DNA from: Neovahlkampfia damariscottae
Lineage: Eukaryota
Assembly (NCBI GenBank): GCA_016618085.1
Contig: JABLTG010000038.1
Location: 62,001-121,341, forward strand
Direction of reading: 5' to 3'
DNA length: 59,341 nucleotides
Below, in pieces: positions 1 through 12,710 of the stretch; within the stretch, counting starts at the first letter, position 1; every line of letters starts with the position of its first letter. The position numbers and the translations under genes were made by a program. Under the pieces are notes generated by a model, which was not told the DNA's origin, searched no databases, and saw only the letters and a list, made by a program, of their open reading frames with translations.

Positions 1-186
1 CATAGCGTTAACAATATCTGATTTTGTTAAAACACCAATAGCTACAGGTCCTTTGGAATCTTTTTTGTAAATGACCACTGACCCAACGTGTGATTCTAAA
101 ACGAGTTTAGAAACTTCTCTGACTGTGGAGTCAACTGTTGCGTGAACAAGTTTTGAGAGAGGTACCATGAATTTTCCGACTTTCAT
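1..186 (-). CDS. CBS-domain protein (5' part; runs off window)
   Basis: Hand translation from ATG at 186: MKVGKFMVPLSKLVHATVDSTVREVSKLVLESHVGSVVIYKKDSKGPVAIGVLTKSDIVNAM, a CBS pattern (M...tv.e...l....gsvvi.....GvlT.sDi). Confidence 0.8.
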   Translation of the reverse strand, partial: MKVGKFMVPLSKLVHATVDSTVREVSKLVLESHVGSVVIYKKDSKGPVAIGVLTKSDIVNAM

Positions 187-347
187 CTTCAATGTGTATT
201 TTGGTGGTTGTTTTGAAAAAAAAATGGAGGGATCTGATTCATCGATTTCCTTTTACCAAAATTGGGGAAATTTTCAATATCCAATAAAAAGTCGTTATTC
301 TTCAACTAATTATTTATTATTTTTAATTCTTTTTACAAATCTTTTTC

Positions 348-785
348 TTATTTGAAACGTATAGGTTCTCCGTCTTTGTGGTATAAAACGACATCATGAA
401 GTTGAATTGCTTTTCCATCATAATCTGCGTCAACTTTGACAACACCAAGATCTTCTTTATCACCAACTTTCACTTCAAATTCAAATTCAAAATTTGTAAA
501 TTTAGTTTTTGTTTTGCTTTCATAAATTTTTTCAAATTCAATTTTTTGGTCAAAGTTTGCTCTGATTAATTTCAAAACATCAAGTGTGATATCATCAACA
601 TTTGAATTTATTCTTTTTCTCATGTCTTTTACCAAAGCATGTTCAGTGTCAGCATTTACGTTGAAATAAGAACCTAATTTTTCTCCAAAACCTTTTTTCT
701 TTTCTTCATTATAAAATCTTTTAAATTTCATTAACTTAGTCATTTTTAAACTTTGTGAAAAAACTTTTCTTCTGAGATTGATCAT
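348..785 (-). CDS. Hypothetical protein, possible mitochondrial presequence
   Basis: 145-aa ORF with a basic N-terminus; CCAAT (attgg at ~820) upstream; no recognised domain. Confidence 0.6.
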   Translation of the reverse strand: MINLRRKVFSQSLKMTKLMKFKRFYNEEKKKGFGEKLGSYFNVNADTEHALVKDMRKRINSNVDDITLDVLKLIRANFDQKIEFEKIYESKTKTKFTNFEFEFEVKVGDKEDLGVVKVDADYDGKAIQLHDVVLYHKDGEPIRFK

Positions 786-911
786 TTCAGTCGGTTTGTT
801 AGTTTTTTAAAATGTTTTGATTGGATGAATTAAATTTTTATTTTTATTGAAAATATTCAAAAACTCTTTGAAATTTCTCTGGGATTACAATGAAATCATA
901 AGGTCTTCAAC

Positions 912-2117
912 TTATTTGTACATTTGTAACTTTTGAAAACAATGATTGTACTCTTGGAGGAAATGTGATTTTTGAAGTGCTTCCCAGAAATTGTTTACGT
1001 ATTGAAACCATTGAAATTCATTGATTTTCTTTTCTTTTTCAATATTCATTGTTTTGATTAATTTAATGAATAATTCTTCTGTTGAGTCATTTTCAATGAT
1101 AAAAAAGTTAATTTGATTTTCTGTGATCATTTCATCAGTCCATTGAAAAGGATGCACATATCCATTATTTAAAAAAGATGTGTCTTTGTAAAATTTGTTT
1201 AATAAATAGTGTGATTGTAAAATATGACATGTTGAAATATTCTCAATTTGATTATAAACAAACACTATTTCAGCAAACATTTTTGAAATATTTGTGAAAC
1301 CTTTTTGAAGTAAATCCAATGTTTTCATGAATTGTAGGGTTTTTAAATCATGTAAATCATTCATTGTGACTAATATTACATCACAAATGTTAAGTAAAAA
1401 TAAACCCATTTTGATGCTCTGCAAGTCAACGTAATTTTCATGATTTACAGTTTCTAAAGGTACTGATTTATCTTTGTTCATGAGATTGTACAATACAGAG
1501 GAACCAAATATAGCTTGTGAATCTATTAAAAATACACGTTCTTTTGGTGTAACATAAAGATCAATTCCTGTTGTTGTATCTTGTTTCACTTTCAATTCTT
1601 CTTCACCAACAAACTTGTTTAAAAGATAACTTTTTCCAACTATAACAAAATTCAATCATGAAAAAAAAAGTACCTTTGCTTTCTCCAAGGTTAGCTTTTG
1701 AAATTTTGTTAATTTATTTTTTTTTTTACCAATGACATGAAAATTTTGGTTTTCATGAAACAAACTTGTATTATTTTGAAATTCATTATTTTGATTAACC
1801 ATTTTAAAAAAATCACCAAAAATTGGTTTTTCAAAAGTTAATTCTTTTTTTACAGAGTCTGTTGGAGGTGTATCAACTCGTGTTGGTGAATGTGAAATTT
1901 GAATCATCTTTGGTTTTAAAATAGTCATTTTTGGACTATCAGGTGATTTTGAAGGTGATTTTGATGGTGGATTTGGATTTTTAATAATTTTCTTATTTGA
2001 ATTCATTACCACTTTTGGTTGTTGAATTTTTTTTCCTGAATCACTTTTTTTTCCAGAATTATTTCTAGGATTACCAGATTTTTTGTTTGATCCTTTTGAA
2101 GCTTTTTCAGAAGACAT
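912..2117 (-). CDS. SMG9: SMG9-like nonsense-mediated decay factor (spliced)
   Basis: Low-complexity N-terminus, then P-loop domain with TTGIDLYVTPKERVFLIDSQAIF and YVDLQSIKMGLFLLNICDVILV matching SMG9; introns around 1640-1730. Confidence 0.8.
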
Positions 2118-2181
2118 GAGAAAAACGTTGCAAAAGGAAAAATGATATGGTTGGTGGAAAATAAAATAATCCAATTAAATT

Positions 2182-3004
2182 ATGAGCTCTGAAGAATACA
2201 AGTTTGAAGATTTTGAAAATCAATTTAATGAAATTGAAAATGAAAGAAACCAAAGACCATATATATCAAAGGTATTAGATATAGAAGATCTCTTGAATGA
2301 GTATAAAAACGGCAGCAAAGAAATTTACAAACAAATTCAAGTAAGCAACGCCAATTTTGAATTAAATATGAAAAAGAATTTATCAAAAACATACCCACGA
2401 TTTCGTAGAATAAGAGGTGATGGGAATTGTTTTTATCGTGCGACTATTTTTGGATTTTTAGAGTTTCTAATCAAATCAAAAGAAACGAAGCTTTTGGAGC
2501 AACTTGAAACAGTTTTAAAAGAAAAAGATGAGTTTAAAAAACTCGGTTTTGATGAATTTATTTTTGAAGAATTTCAATCTGTTCTTTTAGACGTCTTACA
2601 AGGTTTTTTTTTTTTTTTTTTTTTTACAAACAAAACAAGAAATCAAAACTGGAAAAGTTGATTTAGAAAAAGTATTTTTAGACCCAACAAAATCAGAATA
2701 TATTGTCTGTTTTCTTAGATTAGTTGTCAGTGCTTATATTCAATTACACAAAGATGATTATCTTCCTTTTTTATTTGAATTCAATACAATTGAAGAATTT
2801 TGTCGAAAAGAAGTAGAACCTATGGGAAAAGAAGCTGATAATATTCATATTTCTGCAATGACTTCTAAATTACCAATTTGTGTTCAAATAGAATATTTAG
2901 ATTCACAAAATCAAAATTCATTGAAATTCCCAGAAAATCAAGAACCAAAAGTATTTCTTTTATTTAGACCTGGACATTATGACATATTATATAAAAAAAA
3001 TTAA
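2182..3004 (+). CDS. OTUB1: Otubain-like deubiquitinase (peptidase C65)
   Basis: RRIRGDGNCFYRA catalytic Cys motif and LLFRPGHYDILY His motif; introns 2341-2376 and ~2603-2639. Confidence 0.93.
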
Positions 3005-3510
3005 TCTTTTAATGGTATAATAGGTTGTTTTCTATAGTCATTTATAAGTTGAAGAAAATCAACTCCTCGAAGTTCATTTTTTGACATCATCGTTTTAATT
3101 TCACTCATGGTGAACCATTTTCCTTGTAAACTTTCTGTATCAGGTTTTGTTTTCAGGTTACCACTGAAAAGTAAAAAAAACAAATTTTAACAAACCCAAC
3201 AATTTTTCCTGTGACTCCATATCGAATCCAGAGATAACCATTATCATATGGTGTATATTCTAATGAGAAAATACCTGTTGGATCTAATTTTAAACCAGTT
3301 TCTTCTTCTACTTCTCTAATTGCTCCATCTCTTACATGTTCGCCTTGATGAACCTTTTTTATAAGTTTAATAAAGAAATACTCTTCCTGCTGGGATATAC
3401 CACTTTCCATAGCATGATTCTTTAACTTCTTGTGTCATTAGAAGTCTATCTTGGTCGTCAAAAACAATAACTGCTACTATCACTGTACATAAATGTTCTT
3501 CTTTAGACAT
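3001..3510 (-). CDS. Nudix hydrolase (NUDT18-like), spliced
   Basis: QEVKESCYGKWYIPAG / VHQGEHVRDGAIREVEEETGL Nudix box; two short introns. Confidence 0.85.
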
Positions 3511-3612
3511 TTTTTTATTGGTTTATTTTTTTTAAAAAAACCGGGCAAAATTAAAATCTTTTTTTGATGCACTTTGATGTTTATTTAAAAAAAAATTAAT
3601 TTGAATTTTATT

Positions 3613-4613
<1,001 letters not shown>

Positions 4614-4839
4614 TGGATAAAACTTCATTCCAAAGAAAGGATGAATAAAGAATGAAGTTCAAGTGTCAGTTTTTACAAAAACTAAAAAAGAGATTCTGAT
4701 TTATTTTGAAGCAGTGGAGGTTCAGTACCAACAAAATACCCGTTGAGCACAGTGTGGTTTAAATGGTGTTTTTGATACTTTTCTTGTCTGGTAAATTGAT
4801 CCAGTGAAGAACTTGAAATGAAGATAAATAGTTAAATTT

Positions 4840-5559
4840 TTATTTTCTTTGTTTGAGTTTTTCAATTTCTTCTTTTGCTTTTTTTAATTCTTCTGCAAGA
4901 TCAACTTTTAATAATTTATCTTTTTTGATTGAATAAGAATCAGAATATACTTTTCTTTCATCATTTAATGGAGCAATGACTTTTGAATCTGTTTTTGCTA
5001 AATAAATATTCCATTTCCCAACATAAGTTTTGATATCTTTAATATGAACCACTTCTGTTTGAAGAGAAGGATGTCCACTCATGCATCTTTTACAAGAGTC
5101 ATTATCTCCTAAAAATTGATCATTTTTGAAATATTGTTGAGTCACAAATGTTCCATAGTCTTTTGCTGTTATTTTAAAGTGAACATGAGCTGGTCTATAT
5201 CCACCATCATCATAACGACCAGGCATGATTGTTTGATATTTAAAGTATCCTCTAGAGTCAGTCATTATATATGAACGACATTCTCCTCTTGAATCTTTAG
5301 AGTATTTTCCTTCGAAGTCAGCTTGCCATACTTCCATTTTTGCATTTGGAATTGGGGTTCTGCAATCTTTATCATATAAATAACCTGTGATGAACAATCT
5401 GTCCATAGCTTCAGTATTTGTGCAAATGTTAAATCTTTTAAAGAGACTTCCTTCTAAATAATAAGGTCCAAGGATATCTTTCGCTGTTAATTGACATTGA
5501 GCAACTGAAACTTGAATGAAAGCAAGAGACAAGACTATTGTGAGTAACGTTTTCTTCAT
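4840..5559 (-). CDS. Secreted intradiol ring-cleavage dioxygenase-like protein
   Basis: Signal peptide; GPYY, EVWQADFEGKY, MPGRY, RPAHVHFK (Tyr/Tyr/His/His iron ligands). Confidence 0.9.
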   Translation of the reverse strand: MKKTLLTIVLSLAFIQVSVAQCQLTAKDILGPYYLEGSLFKRFNICTNTEAMDRLFITGYLYDKDCRTPIPNAKMEVWQADFEGKYSKDSRGECRSYIMTDSRGYFKYQTIMPGRYDDGGYRPAHVHFKITAKDYGTFVTQQYFKNDQFLGDNDSCKRCMSGHPSLQTEVVHIKDIKTYVGKWNIYLAKTDSKVIAPLNDERKVYSDSYSIKKDKLLKVDLAEELKKAKEEIEKLKQRK

Positions 5560-5802
5560 TGGAATGTAATCGGCGAATGAAAATTTTTGGAGGGTTGAAT
5601 TTATACCTTTCCATTTCTATTTCCAGTGATCAGCTTCGAAATGAAAATTCTCTGCAATTTGGACAGAAAATTGAGAAAACTGTGATAAATTGAAATGATA
5701 AACATTTTTTGATCAAAAGAACTTGGAAAACGGGAAATTTACTGATAAAGGAATGACACCAATGGAATGTTGATGATTACTTCTTCCAAGGTTTAAAAAA
5801 AT

Positions 5803-5808
5803 AAAAAA
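5803..5808 (-). terminator. Pol III oligo(T) terminator of the 5S gene
   Basis: A6 on the plus strand (T6 on minus) directly at the 5S 3' end. Confidence 0.75.
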
Positions 5809-5926
5809 GCTTACAACACTCCCGGTTCCCAGGTGGTCTCCCACCCTAGTACTAGGAGAGCCTGTAGGAGTTTAACTTCGCAAATCGGACGGGATGCGGT
5901 GTATTCTCCTAAGTATGGCCATAAGC
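5808..5926 (-). rRNA. 5S rRNA
   Basis: Reverse complement GCTTATGGCCATAC...CATCCCGTCCGAT...GAAGTTAA...TAGTACTAGGGTGGGAGACCACCTGGGAA...GTTGTAAGCT, 119 nt, ends pair; followed by a T run. Confidence 0.97.
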
Positions 5927-5998
5927 GAAATAATATAATGACGAAATGAAGTCAACCAGATTATGATAATCAAATTTTCAGTAAAAAAGTATTGTTGA

Positions 5999-6857
5999 TC
6001 AATAGTCAGATTTTACTTGTTCATTTTTTATAATTTGAACTCCACTGCTTGTTCCAATTCTCTTGACACCCATTTTGATATATTCCATCGCATCTGCATA
6101 ATTCTTTACTCCTCCACTTACTTTTACTGAGACTTTTGTGTCTTTGACAGTTTCAACCATTAACTTTGTTAATTTTTTATCAGCACCTCCAAAAAATCCA
6201 GTTGAAGTTTTAACAAAATCAGCATCTGCGAGGACTGTTAAAATTGAAGCATCCAAAATTTTTGATTCATCAATGAGCAATGATGTTTCAATGATAACTT
6301 TCAAAATCACATTATGTTCATGGCATATATCTGATAAAGATTTTATATCACTATAAATATATTCCTATTCATGGGTGTTAGTAAAGTGTTTCTTCACTTA
6401 CAAAATCTTCATCAAGAAATTTTCCAACGTTTAAAACCATATCAACTTCATTGACACCCATTTCTACTGCTTTTTTTGTTTCATACGATTTAATAGATGT
6501 ATCAGTTGCTCCAAGTGGAAAACCTGCCACGACAGCAATTTTAATGGATGAGTCTTTTAAATGCTTTTTACATTCTTCAACACGTGAAAGATTAACACAA
6601 ACAGCTTTGAATTTATGTTCTATAGCTTCTTTACAAAGTTTTTCTACATCTTGTTTCGTTGTTGTTGATTTTAAAACGGTGTGGTCAATGTAATTATTTA
6701 CTGATAAAACTTTGACTTCTTCTGGAGTGTTTTGAAATTTTTTAAGTGAATCTTCAAGGCTTAATTTTAAAATTCCTGATAGTTTTTTAACTCTTTCTAA
6801 TTTTATTTTTCTAAAATATTCAACCTCCTCTGAGGTGGTGAAGTTAAAACTTTGCAT
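5999..6857 (-). CDS. DERA: Deoxyribose-phosphate aldolase
   Basis: IDHTVLK, GFPLGA, EVDMVLN, LKVIIET, DFVKTSTGF, VKVSGGV, RIGTSSG; intron 6365-6401. Confidence 0.95.
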
Positions 6858-6922
6858 TGAGTTTTTGATTGGATGAATAAAAGGTAAGAAAACAGATTTT
6901 TCCATCAAAAAAATAGTAATAT

Positions 6923-7510
6923 TTACTTTTTGAGATATTCAACAACGATTTCTTGTTGAGCAATATTGTCATAATATTTTTGAATTTTTTCATTTACTGG
7001 ATATTTTGCTTTGAAAGGAAAAGCACCCAAATATTCAAACATGATGAAATCAAGAACATTGAATTTATCACCAAAAAAGAATTTCTTATCTCCAAGAAGT
7101 TTAAGGAAATTTCCTTCAAACTTTTCCCAAGCAGCAGCTCCTTTTTTATAATTTTCTTCTTTTGCTTGGTCATCTTTAGCAAAGAAAAATCCATAAATAA
7201 CAGATCTTGTGTCTTCCATGAAGAGAAAAGTGCTTAATGCTTGAGCATCATCTTCTGCATTTTCAGGCCATAAGTTGAATTTTTTTCCCAAGTAATGGCA
7301 AATAGATGCACTTCCATTTAGTTTGAAATCACCTTTTTCAAGCATTGGCATGCATGAATGTGGAAAAAAACCTTCTGCTTTTTTTGTTGCAAAGTCTTGC
7401 CAGTCTAATCTGATATCATTGAATTCTACACCAGCCATTTTGAATATAATTCTTGCGCACTCTGCTCTGCCTGCACCATTAAAGTAATATAAGTTGAATT
7501 TGTCCGACAT
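6923..7510 (-). CDS. Glutathione S-transferase (sigma-like)
   Basis: LYYFNGAGRAECARIIF N-terminal domain and FFFGDKFNVLDF C-terminal motif. Confidence 0.9.
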   Translation of the reverse strand: MSDKFNLYYFNGAGRAECARIIFKMAGVEFNDIRLDWQDFATKKAEGFFPHSCMPMLEKGDFKLNGSASICHYLGKKFNLWPENAEDDAQALSTFLFMEDTRSVIYGFFFAKDDQAKEENYKKGAAAWEKFEGNFLKLLGDKKFFFGDKFNVLDFIMFEYLGAFPFKAKYPVNEKIQKYYDNIAQQEIVVEYLKK

Positions 7511-7643
7511 GTTTGAAAGAAAATGTGTTGTCAGTCATTGATTGGCCAATATTTTTTGAGATTTGTTTGAATTGCAAACATTTGGATACAAAACTATTCA
7601 AACAGATAATCAAATTGTATGACCAAAATAATAAATAATAACT

Positions 7644-9917
7644 TTATTCTTTTTTCAAATCTTGTTGTTTTTGTTTGTGCTTTGCAAATAACTCTTGTAA
7701 AAGAGCAACCATTGGTTCTTTCGATTCATCAATATTTGCATTTTCAAATGTGAAATCATTTGGAATTTCTGAAGTCAATGTATCAAATCTTTTTAACATT
7801 GATTTTGCAAATACCATTAAAAACATTTTCATTGTTGTTTTTCCAGGTGTGAAAGACAAACGAGGATCAATCATTCTTAACATGGAGATTTTGGTCTGTG
7901 TATCTGAAAGTTTTTCAAGAACTGAAAATTCTACAACAGGAGAGCGATATCCTTCAACTTCAATGTCCTTTTGTTGACTCTTGTCAAAAACTGTGAATGA
8001 GATCTTTTCATTAAATTTATGTACACATCTGATATCTCCAATGTATGGCCTGATTAAACCTGTGATTTTGGTGCCACAAGGTGACATAACCAATGATTGT
8101 GTGTAATCTATTTTTCTTGCCATTTTAACTGGGAATGTTGAATATCTATCATCACTAAAGACAAAACTTGGATTATCATTTTCAGTGAGGAGAGATTTAT
8201 ATTTTTCATCAACATCTTCTGGATTTACTTTTTGAAGCATTTCCAATTTTGTTGTATTAAGTTCCAGTGAATCCCTTTTTCTGATAAGATGATGGCAATA
8301 AGCTAATTTTTCAAAAGGAATATCTAATACTCTTTCCAGCATCAAATTTTTCGCATTTTGAAAAACCTTTGAATTTGGAACAAAGTTTGAATTTGAATAA
8401 TATATCTTTGAGTTGTTTGATGAATAGATCAAATCCCAATGGACATCTGTTGTCAGAACTGAAAAATAATCAAATTCGAAATTGAAAATAAAAGGAATAT
8501 TCAAATCATCATCTGTATGCGGATGTTCAAAAAATGGAAGAGTGTCAAATGATTGTTTCTTTTTCATTATTTTGTAGGCCAAGTTCAAAAATGGTTCATT
8601 GTTTGTTGCTTTGAATGAATCAAGAGAAACGTCCATTGTCATGTCATTTAATGTTTTGCTTAGAGTTTTTTCAATTTGACTTGCAATTCTTTTATATCCT
8701 TTATCCATCACAAAGGTGTTTTGCATGAAACCTTTCGGATCAACAACTAAAAAGAAAATTGTGAAAATTGATAAAAACGAACTTGACAACATTGTGACCC
8801 TTGTAGTGAAACCATCAATAATTTCTATCTTTGTCATATTCATGAATGAAGAGATAAAACCGTCAACCGTTTTTTTCTCTTTGTTTTTGTTTGTAAAATC
8901 AAACTTCATCTTTTTCTTCCAATCAACGACTGATCCTTTATGGTCACCAAGAAATGGTCTTTTGATGAATGTTAAACTTTGTGATTCGTTATCAAAATCG
9001 ACTAAATATACATCAGTTGATTTTCTTGGTGTGTTCATTGGAAATGGTGGCTGCACACATGTTTCTCCAATGATTGAATGAATCTGATTAGCAATATCAT
9101 CATCTGGATATTGAGCAGATATATTTTTAACTGAAAATGTTTCTCTAATTGATATATCTGTTATAATTGGATTGAATTGTTTGGTATGTTCAATAGACAA
9201 AAAAAAATTAGCAACCTTTTCAAAAGAGTATGGCAAAGTAGCATTGGTTTTATAAGCCTTAGCGTTGCTGAAAAACTTTGATTCTGGTAAAAAGTTCAAG
9301 TGACTTGTATATACATCGAATCTATCTTTTGAGTCAATGAGTTCCCAAGCAAAAGAGTCTTGTGTTAATTCGTTTAAAAAAGAAACTTCAGATTTGGTGA
9401 TGAATGGTTTTTCATAGTATTCATCAGTAAATGGATATTTTAAAGCAGTGATGACTTTCATAACTCTTGTATCTTCGGAGTATTTTTCAGCTATTTCAGC
9501 AAATTTTTTTGTTCTGACGAATCTTGGAAAGTTATCAGCGTTTAGTTCTGAACTGAGAATTCTTTTCAAAGGAAAGAATATTTCATAAGCAGTTTCTTCT
9601 AGTATCCATTCATTTTCTTTTAATTGTTGTTCTAAAGAGGTCAACAAGGTTTTCTTTGTTGACTGTGAAATGTTTACTTCATGTTGAGCCTTTGGATTGA
9701 TGAATTTATTTACAATATCTTGGCATTTTTGGATAATATCTTCATCTAGTGATAACTCATTGAGTTCATTTATAGCGAGGACACATAAAAACGGTTCTGG
9801 ATTGAACTCTGTTTGGAGGAATTCTAAAAAGTGTTCTTGAATTTCTTTAAAGTAAAATACTGAACCAAATTCGATGACGTATGTTCTAATATCAAAACTT
9901 GAACGACTTCTCTTCAT
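7644..9917 (-). CDS. RGS domain + two START-like (helix-grip) repeats
   Basis: RGS motifs FLEFLQTEFNPEPFL, EVNIS, DNFPRFV; two internally repeated blocks (WELIDS...NFLPESKFF / WDLIYS...NFVPNSKVF) similar to the C-terminal domain of the 20-27 kb array; probable in-frame intron 8747-8782. Confidence 0.75.
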   Translation of the reverse strand: MKRSRSSFDIRTYVIEFGSVFYFKEIQEHFLEFLQTEFNPEPFLCVLAINELNELSLDEDIIQKCQDIVNKFINPKAQHEVNISQSTKKTLLTSLEQQLKENEWILEETAYEIFFPLKRILSSELNADNFPRFVRTKKFAEIAEKYSEDTRVMKVITALKYPFTDEYYEKPFITKSEVSFLNELTQDSFAWELIDSKDRFDVYTSHLNFLPESKFFSNAKAYKTNATLPYSFEKVANFFLSIEHTKQFNPIITDISIRETFSVKNISAQYPDDDIANQIHSIIGETCVQPPFPMNTPRKSTDVYLVDFDNESQSLTFIKRPFLGDHKGSVVDWKKKMKFDFTNKNKEKKTVDGFISSFMNMTKIEIIDGFTTRVTMLSSSFLSIFTIFFLVVDPKGFMQNTFVMDKGYKRIASQIEKTLSKTLNDMTMDVSLDSFKATNNEPFLNLAYKIMKKKQSFDTLPFFEHPHTDDDLNIPFIFNFEFDYFSVLTTDVHWDLIYSSNNSKIYYSNSNFVPNSKVFQNAKNLMLERVLDIPFEKLAYCHHLIRKRDSLELNTTKLEMLQKVNPEDVDEKYKSLLTENDNPSFVFSDDRYSTFPVKMARKIDYTQSLVMSPCGTKITGLIRPYIGDIRCVHKFNEKISFTVFDKSQQKDIEVEGYRSPVVEFSVLEKLSDTQTKISMLRMIDPRLSFTPGKTTMKMFLMVFAKSMLKRFDTLTSEIPNDFTFENANIDESKEPMVALLQELFAKHKQKQQDLKKE

Positions 9918-10286
9918 TTCTAGTGTGTTGGTTTTTGTTTCAAATTGGTTTAATTGGTCAAATACTCCGATTTATTATTGAAGTTAATGAATCTACATAA
10001 CAGGAAACTCAAAATTCCAATTGGGAACATTCCATCCATCATTTAAAATATTCCAAATCGGGAATATTCCGGAAAAACTGATCAAAAAATTAATTGTTCT
10101 GCATACCTTTTGTACATAAGTAGAAATGAATAATATCAACGGAAAGAAGTTGACCAATTAGATAAATATCATTTAAACCAATTTGCGTTCATCAAAACCC
10201 AAATAATTGTGCAACTTTGAATTTTTTGATAAAAATTATTAACCAATGAAATATGATAAGTTATCATTAATGATAACACAAAATCT

Positions 10287-11624
10287 TTAATTTTTATATT
10301 CTTTCTTTACCATTTGTGCAATTGTTTTCAAACAAATATTTGAAGTTCCTTCATAAATTTTCCCAACAATACAATCACGATAAAATTTTTCAACAATAAA
10401 TTCTCTTGTGAATCCAACACCTCCAAGCATCTCAACACATTTCATTGCAACTTGATTAGCGACTTGACTAGCATATAATTTCGCCATTGCTGCGTCCTTC
10501 ATAATATCCATACCTACTTCTTTCTTTCTTGCAGCCTCAAGAATCAATAATCTGCTTGCATTCATTGAAACCTCTTCTTGAGCGTATTGAAATTCCATTC
10601 CTTGAAAATCAGCAAGAGCTGTTCCAAATTGTTTTCTTTCCAATAAATAAGGCATTGTATTGTCAAAAGCACCCCTTGCTAATCCAATCATTTGAGCTCC
10701 AATTCCAATTCTTCCTTCATTCAATGTTGAAATGGCAATTTTATATCCTTCACCTACTTTTCCAAGTACATTTTCTTTTGAAACAATACAATCTTCAAGG
10801 ATTACTGAACATGTAGAAGATGCTCTGAGACCTAATTTCTTTTCCTTTTTTCCAATTTTTAATCCTGGATTTGATTTATCAACAATAAAAGCTGTAATTC
10901 CTTTATATCCTTTGGAGAAGTCGACATTAGCCATAACTATAAATAAACCAGCTTCTTTTGAATTGCTGATCCACATTTTTTCTCCATTCAATACATAATG
11001 ATCACTTTTTTCTTCCTAAATGAATGTTAAAAAAATATAATTTTTTAATCTACTGCTTTTGTCCTTAATGCAAAGGCATCTGATCCAGAACCAGCTTCAG
11101 ATAAACAAAAACTTCCAATTGTATCTGTTGCTAACTTTGGTAACCAATAATCTTTTTGTTTTTCATTTCCATATTTCAACATCACTGTGTTGATTAATGT
11201 ATTCTGTTTTTTTTTGAATTTGTTAAAAAAACTTCTTTTTTACTTGGATATCTAAACAAACAGAAACAGAAGGATCAACTTTTGCAAGTTCTTCAATTGC
11301 CAAAATTGCACTCATAAAATTAAGTTCTGAACCTCCGTATTTTTCCGGAATTTCTAAACCACATAAACCCTGGTCAAAACATTTCTTAAGTATATCTGCG
11401 TTCATTTCTTCATTTTCATCCATTTCTCTGACTTTTGGTTGAATAATTTTTTTTGCAAAGTCTCTGGTACTTTCTTGAATCAATAATTCTGTTTCAGATA
11501 AACTAAACAAAGGTAAATGATTTAACTTTGGTTTAAAAAATATCTAAGATTCTTTTACCTTGAGTTTTGTTGAACAAAATTTTCTTCTGCTTGAGTTGAT
11601 GATGTTTTTTTGAAAGGTTTTCAT
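10287..11624 (-). CDS. ACADSB: Short/branched-chain acyl-CoA dehydrogenase, spliced
   Basis: [58 protein letters not shown]. Confidence 0.9.
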
Positions 11625-11675
11625 TGGATGAAAAAAAAAACGTTGGAGTGAGGATAAAAATATTCCGAATTATTA

Positions 11676-12580
11676 TTATTGATTTAAAGCAAAATTCAAC
11701 ACTTGTGATAACCTCAAACCAGCTTTAACTAACTGTTCTTCTGTAATTGGTAAACTTCTTTGGTAATATGGTTCAGCGAGTCTGTCACCATCTCTTACAC
11801 CTTCATACGCATATTTACATGATATTTGACCTGTTTCAAGAGCCCATTCAGCAGGACAAACTTTAGATCCATCTCTACATGATAACCAATTGGGTATTTG
11901 TGATTTCCAAGGATCAGCATTCAATCTTTTGAGCAAAAAGTCAAGATATACTCTCGAACTTCCTCTAAAATCTGCCTTTATACGACGTTCTGTGATTTCT
12001 CCATCCCAAACTTTGTGTAAATCTAAAAAAAAAAAAATTAACAAATTTCCAAGATGTCGTTACTTGTTCTTTTTCCAAAGTAGTTAACAGTGATTCTTTA
12101 ATTTAAAATTTCAAAAAATAACATTTCTTCTTACCTGTTTCCTCCAAAATCTTTCTTACGACCAACGTGTAGAGGTTGATGAATATCTCCGAGAAAATGA
12201 ACAACGAATCTTAAAGCAGTTTTAACATTTTCAGGATTAGTTTCTGTTAATTGTTTTGTATAATTTGAAATTGCTGGCACAACACAAAATCTAGGTGCAG
12301 GACAGTCTCTTCTTTCATCAAAACGGCAAGAATCATCAGTAACATCACCAAAATGATAGGTTTTTGAAAAGCTCCATTTAGGTTGTTTTGATACTTTGTC
12401 TGCCCAATTTGCTTGACTGGCAAGTGTTTTTCCTTCAAAAATTGTGTTAACTTTTTGTTGAACGTTTCTGAAAAGATATTTAGAAGCTATATCAGCAATT
12501 AGTTCATGTCCATCACTCCACCAAAGTACTTCGCTGTGAGCTACCAAAAAAAAGCAAATCAGTAACAACAACGATTTCAT
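11676..12580 (-). CDS. S1/P1 nuclease, secreted, spliced
   Basis: Signal peptide then WWSDGHELIA, WAD, HFLGDIHQPLH, GGN, LHKVWDG, QLVKAGLRL. Confidence 0.93.
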
Positions 12581-12710
12581 TTTCTTTCTACGAATTTCAT
12601 TGGTTGATTTTTTGAAAAAGAAGGTTTCTAATAAATATTCTATTATACCCAAAAGCTCAATAAAGTAGGTTTATTTTTGATCTGAAAAAAAAAATGATCC
12701 AATCATCATC

